Assembly: GCA_965112735.1 (NCBI GenBank)
Contig: OZ218951.1
Coordinates: 2,790,001 to 2,854,000 of the forward strand
Length of the DNA: 64,000 nt
Origin: Phaeosaccion multiseriatum
Taxonomy: Eukaryota; Protista; Ochrophyta, other classes
Direction: 5' to 3'
The notes beneath the pieces were generated by a model. The model worked only from the letters and a program-made list of their open reading frames with translations. It had not been told where the DNA came from and did not search any database. Each line of letters opens with the position of its first letter. Position 1 is the first letter of the stretch. Position numbers and translations under genes: made by a program. This document shows positions 60,277 to 64,000 of this stretch, in pieces.

Positions 60277-62423
60277 CTACGCTATTGACGACCCCGACGA
60301 CGACGACGATGATGATCGATGTATAATTTTTCGTGTGTCTTCAAAAGGTGTTTAGCTCCATCGTCGGCCCAGACAGTGGCATCGCCTCCGGGGAGTGCCA
60401 CGCCTGCCTGCTGGGGCCCTTCATCGGCTTCCACCACCAGAGCCTGCTCATTGCAGCTCTGTGGCCTCTTGGGAGGGGCAATGTGGCCTATGGGGCCAAC
60501 GTGGGCTCCAACCACACCTCCAGAGCGGTGAGTAGGTCTGAGTGGGTCTGAGTGGGTCTGATTATCTGAGTGGGTTGGGTCTGAATGGGTCTGAGTGTGT
60601 CTGAGTGGGTCTGAGGGGCTCTCTATCTGAGCACGCACCCATGCCTCCTTCTCCTTCCTTCGTCCTCCCTTTTTTCCTTTTCTCATCCCAACAAGGCTGA
60701 CCAAGAGCTGTGGGCAGGGGAGGGGCTTTTCTTCGGCCTCTCCTGCTGCATCAAGTACCCCTTCAACGCGCTCGATTCACCCTACAGCGTCATCGCCTCA
60801 GGGGCCATCTGTCTACCACAGAGGATCGCGTTTCCCTTCAGCCTCATCACCAGCGGAGGGCCGGACAGCAGCAGCGGCAGTCTGCCGTCCCACCCGGCTG
60901 CCTTTAACTCGCTGAGTCCAGGCTGGGTGCTGTCGAGCAGCATGTTTACGATTCAGCGCAACGAAGCCAAGTATCGGGACAGAGCAAGGTCAGTCAGTGA
61001 GTGAGGGAAGGAGGAAAGGAAGGAAGGAGGGAGGGTTGGAGGAAGGAAGCAAGAGGAAGAACAAACTCTGTTGCCTCAGAGATACGTACGCGCACTCAGA
61101 AACTGAAACTCTCATCCGCCCCCGTTGCCTCCAGGACTGAATTTACCCTGTCTGTCCATCATCCCCCCCTCCTGTCGATCAATTGACTTGTCCATCAATT
61201 GACTTATCCTGTCCCTCCTGTATCCAAATTTCAAACCGAAAAGATCTGTGGTGGCGAGGACCAATTGGGAGGTGTGGCGGATGGATATTGTGAAGCTTTT
61301 GGTCGACGCGAGGCGGCGTCTGGTGGCTGCTGGTACTACCGCCGGAGGAGAATCGAGATCGTCATCATCACCATCACCATCATCATCATCATCATCATCA
61401 TCATCACCATCAAAGGGATCGAAGCTGCTCTACGTGGGAGATGCGGACATGCCGGGCCTGGGGAAGAACGTGATGACAGAGGCGGCGAGGAGGGAGGGCG
61501 TGCAAGCGTACACCACACACATACGGAGGTACGCGCTGAGAGGGCTCTGGGCTATGCTGCAACAAGCAGCCCTGGTACAGGCGCAGCCGGAGGGGGAGGA
61601 GGAGGAGGAGGAGGAGGAGGAGGAGGGGCAGGCGGGGCAGGAGGGGCAGGCGGGGCAAGGGCAGGAGCAAAGACCCACGTGGCCACCAAAGGAGAAGATG
61701 CTTGAGCGTTTCGAAACCGTGTTGCTGGGCATCCGGGCGAGAGGAAGCGAAGGGACGTCATCATGCTGTGGTGGTGGTGGTGGTGGTGGTGAGGTAGATG
61801 GTGGTGGGTATGATGTCCAGTTTGCGCTCGGACAGCCCCAGGTTGACGCCAGAGCGCTGGTCGCTACTGTAGCAGCACGACCCAGTGGCGATGACGGCAC
61901 ATGCAGCAGGAGGAGCAGAGCGAGTAGCTGCAGCAGCACCAGTACTGGCTGGCAAGACGAGGAGACGAGGGAGCTGCACTACAAGCAAGACCTGCTCGCG
62001 CAAGAATTCCCCTCCACTTTCTCCTCCTCCTCCTCCTCCTCCTCCTCCTCCTCCTCCTCCTCCTCCTCCTCCTCCTCCTCTGAGGCTCAAGCTGGGTCGG
62101 AGATGATGATGCCACGTCACCACCACCAACAACAACAGCAACAACAGCAACAGCTGGAGCTACAGAGTGACTTGAGCATCGACGTCGCTGGAGGTGTGGC
62201 GGCTTCTCTCACCACCCTCTTGTCCATTGAGACCCAAGTTTTTGCAGCAGTGGAGAGTAGCAAGGCCAAGGACGACAAGCGAGGAAGGGCTGTCGTACCC
62301 GGCTACGCAGCGGCACACGTTCCGGCATCGAAGGAGAGCGTCGTACGGCAGGCAAAGGAGCGGCTCCAGCACCTGACCAGGGAGGTGCAGGAAGTGCTTG
62401 ACATTCTTGGTGTGTCTGCTTGA
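58427..62423 (+). CDS. DUF4954-like left-handed beta-helix (GlmU/hexapeptide-like) protein
   Basis: YKPLDSATVDLLEKQGCFSESWGDV...GFYNCTISSCVI...FANGLVVSVGPETGGREV...GECHACLLGPFIGFHHQSLLIAALWPLGRGNVAYGANVGSNHTSRAADQELWAGEGLFFGL...QRIAFPFSLI...LSPGWVL...RNEAKYRDR...PGLGKNVMTE...SKAKDDKRG. The family is assigned from remembered motifs, not from a search. Confidence 0.72.
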
Positions 62424-62694
62424 CATGTAGGATAGGATGGGATGAGGGGGGTGCATGCATGATGCAAGAAAGGAGGGGATGATGGGCAAGGCCACAGAGG
62501 GAGAGAGAGAGTGAGAGAGAGACGAGAGGGTTCTGGAGGGAGAGAAGAAAGGGAGAGAGAGAGAGAGAGATCTGCTGGCTCACTCATTGATGGTCAAGGC
62601 CAGAGAGAGACACAGACAAGACGGTTTTGGAGGGAGAGAGAAATATCTACGGGCTCACTCATTTTGAGCACTAGCTCGAACAATCTCTTTTTAA

Positions 62695-62922
62695 CGCTCG
62701 ATTTGCGTAAGAAAAGAATAAAGAATAATCGCCCAAATCGCACCCGATTTTGGACGAACTCCGCAGAATGACACTGGGAAAGCGCTATCGCTCTTCGTGT
62801 AGCCCTTTGAGATGCCTACCGACACATAGTCTCTCGTCTTTCGACACTTCCTTAAGCACTCCCCCTTGCCGCCCGATCCCTTAAAAACGGGCGATTTGGG
62901 CGATTCTTACGCAAATCGAGTG
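62695..62922. mobile_element. piggyBac-type MITE (228 bp) in a TTAA site
   Basis: TTAA|CGCTCGATTTGCGTAAGAA...ATCGCCCAAATCGC at the left and GCGATTTGGGCGATTCTTACGCAAATCGAGTG|TTAA at the right. It is an AT-rich island between convergent genes. Confidence 0.82.
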
Positions 62923-62953
62923 TTAATTTTTTTAAATAACAACCAGTCCATCA

Positions 62954-64000
62954 TCAATCGCTACTCTGGTGCAGCTTCAACCTCCGTGCCCCTAACTCAA
63001 ACCACAGCGCGGGCTGCCGCAAGACCGCAAAGGAGAAGGTAAGAACCGTACCAGCGAGCAGCAGCACCACCGGCACCACCACAGACACCAATGCCTTGGC
63101 GCCCGACGAGCCCTTCCAAGCGGGGATGGCGGACAAGAGGAGCAAGAGGAGGGTAAACTGGCCCACGCTTTCCCTCAGCACGGCCCTCGCCTCTGGCCCC
63201 CCTCCTCCTGCTCCTTCTGATCCTCCTTCTTCTGCTCCGCCCCCGACTAGCAGGGCCTCCTCTTGACTTGCGCTTCTCCTTCTCATCAGCATCGTCTCCT
63301 CCTGACTGCTGCTCCTCCTTCTCCCAAAGAAGGAGGAGGGGGCGGCGGCGTGCGAGAGCTTTTGCTGCTGTTGCTGCCGCTGCTGTTGGTGATGGATGGG
63401 ATGGCCGTAGTCTGCCCCGTAGAGGTAGAGCGATCGCAGGTACAGCGTCCACAGGAGCAATACTGTAGAGCAGGTCCACGAGATGACCACAAGCCAAGCG
63501 AGCCGAGGTGTGGCTTGCAAGGGGATGAAGCGCAAGCCCAAACTCCACCCCGCGTAAAAGCTCCACAGCGCAACTTGGCTGTGCACGAAGGAGAACACCC
63601 CACCTCTGACGTGGAAATGATGTCCTCCGATTGCCTCACTACCACCGCCACCGCTACCACCACCATCCAACCGTCCCTCCAAGTCACCTACTGACCTTCC
63701 CTCCCCCCCCCCCCCTCCTCCTCCTGCTCCTCCTGCAGCATCTGCCGCACCATCTAAACCTACCCCCCCACCATTGGGAGACGCAGGCCAAAAGTGCCGC
63801 CGGGTAGGGCTGGATGTGCCCATTGATACGTCGTGGCCAAGCATCAGCTTCGCCACTATTCCGTCATCCTCCCCTCCTCCATAGCCTCCCCCCTCCCCTG
63901 CTACGCCCCCCGCTGCCCCTCCACCCCCTCCTCCTCCTCCTCGGCTCCCAAAGGCCCCTCCTCCCGGTGAAGAGAGAGACCCGCGCCCTCGACTCGGATG
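62954..64000 (-). CDS. 3' end of a multi-pass membrane protein (5' part probably outside the window)
   Basis: A 300-aa ORF with 4-5 hydrophobic segments and low-complexity linkers. No family recognised. Confidence 0.55.
   Translation of the reverse strand, partial: HPSRGRGSLSSPGGGAFGSRGGGGGGGGAAGGVAGEGGGYGGGEDDGIVAKLMLGHDVSMGTSSPTRRHFWPASPNGGGVGLDGAADAAGGAGGGGGGGEGRSVGDLEGRLDGGGSGGGGSEAIGGHHFHVRGGVFSFVHSQVALWSFYAGWSLGLRFIPLQATPRLAWLVVISWTCSTVLLLWTLYLRSLYLYGADYGHPIHHQQQRQQQQQKLSHAAAPSSFFGRRRSSSQEETMLMRRRSASQEEALLVGGGAEEGGSEGAGGGGPEARAVLRESVGQFTLLLLLLSAIPAWKGSSGAKALVSVVVPVVLLLAGTVLTFSFAVLRQPALWFELGARRLKLHQSSD

Noticed and set aside
27632-62423. Functional gene cluster (sugar-nucleotide or redox/metal)
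   Set aside because: The triple enzyme and the DUF4954-like gene are 26 kb apart, and the SOD/SelM/PLAC8/2OG genes are interleaved with unrelated genes; nothing in the sequence shows co-regulation.

Overview
Eukaryotic nuclear DNA, gene-dense and intron-rich, with microsatellites throughout the introns and many exons. A signal peptide plus 'G|FTAP' bipartite plastid presequence points to a photosynthetic stramenopile (inference). I can reconstruct about 14 genes: an RCC1+BTB protein, a plastid EGY/M50-like protein, a CEP164-like WW/coiled-coil protein, an NTP-transferase/HAD-phosphatase/kinase triple fusion, a SEC14 protein, an intronless ankyrin-like ORF (plus a decayed paralog), a double-PLAC8 protein, a secreted Fe/Mn-SOD homolog, a GPI-type metalloprotease-like protein, selenoprotein M (in-frame TGA plus SECIS), a 2OG-Fe(II) oxygenase, a DUF4954-like protein and two unknown membrane proteins. 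The most unusual object is a 2.3-kb element at 37557-39855. It is bounded by two LTR-like TG...CA units in INVERTED orientation, each followed inward by a long complement of the mature tRNA-Ser 3' half (with CCA). It carries a Gypsy-type integrase remnant and is flanked by a 4-bp target-site duplication. Other highlights: three enzymes with degenerate catalytic motifs, a strongly over-represented dispersed 13-mer (GTTGGTGATACAG), an intron apparently born from a 16-bp duplication of an AG|GT site, two MITE families, and three divergent gene pairs with ATGs about 121-125 bp apart. All gene models were spliced by eye; no searches were run.
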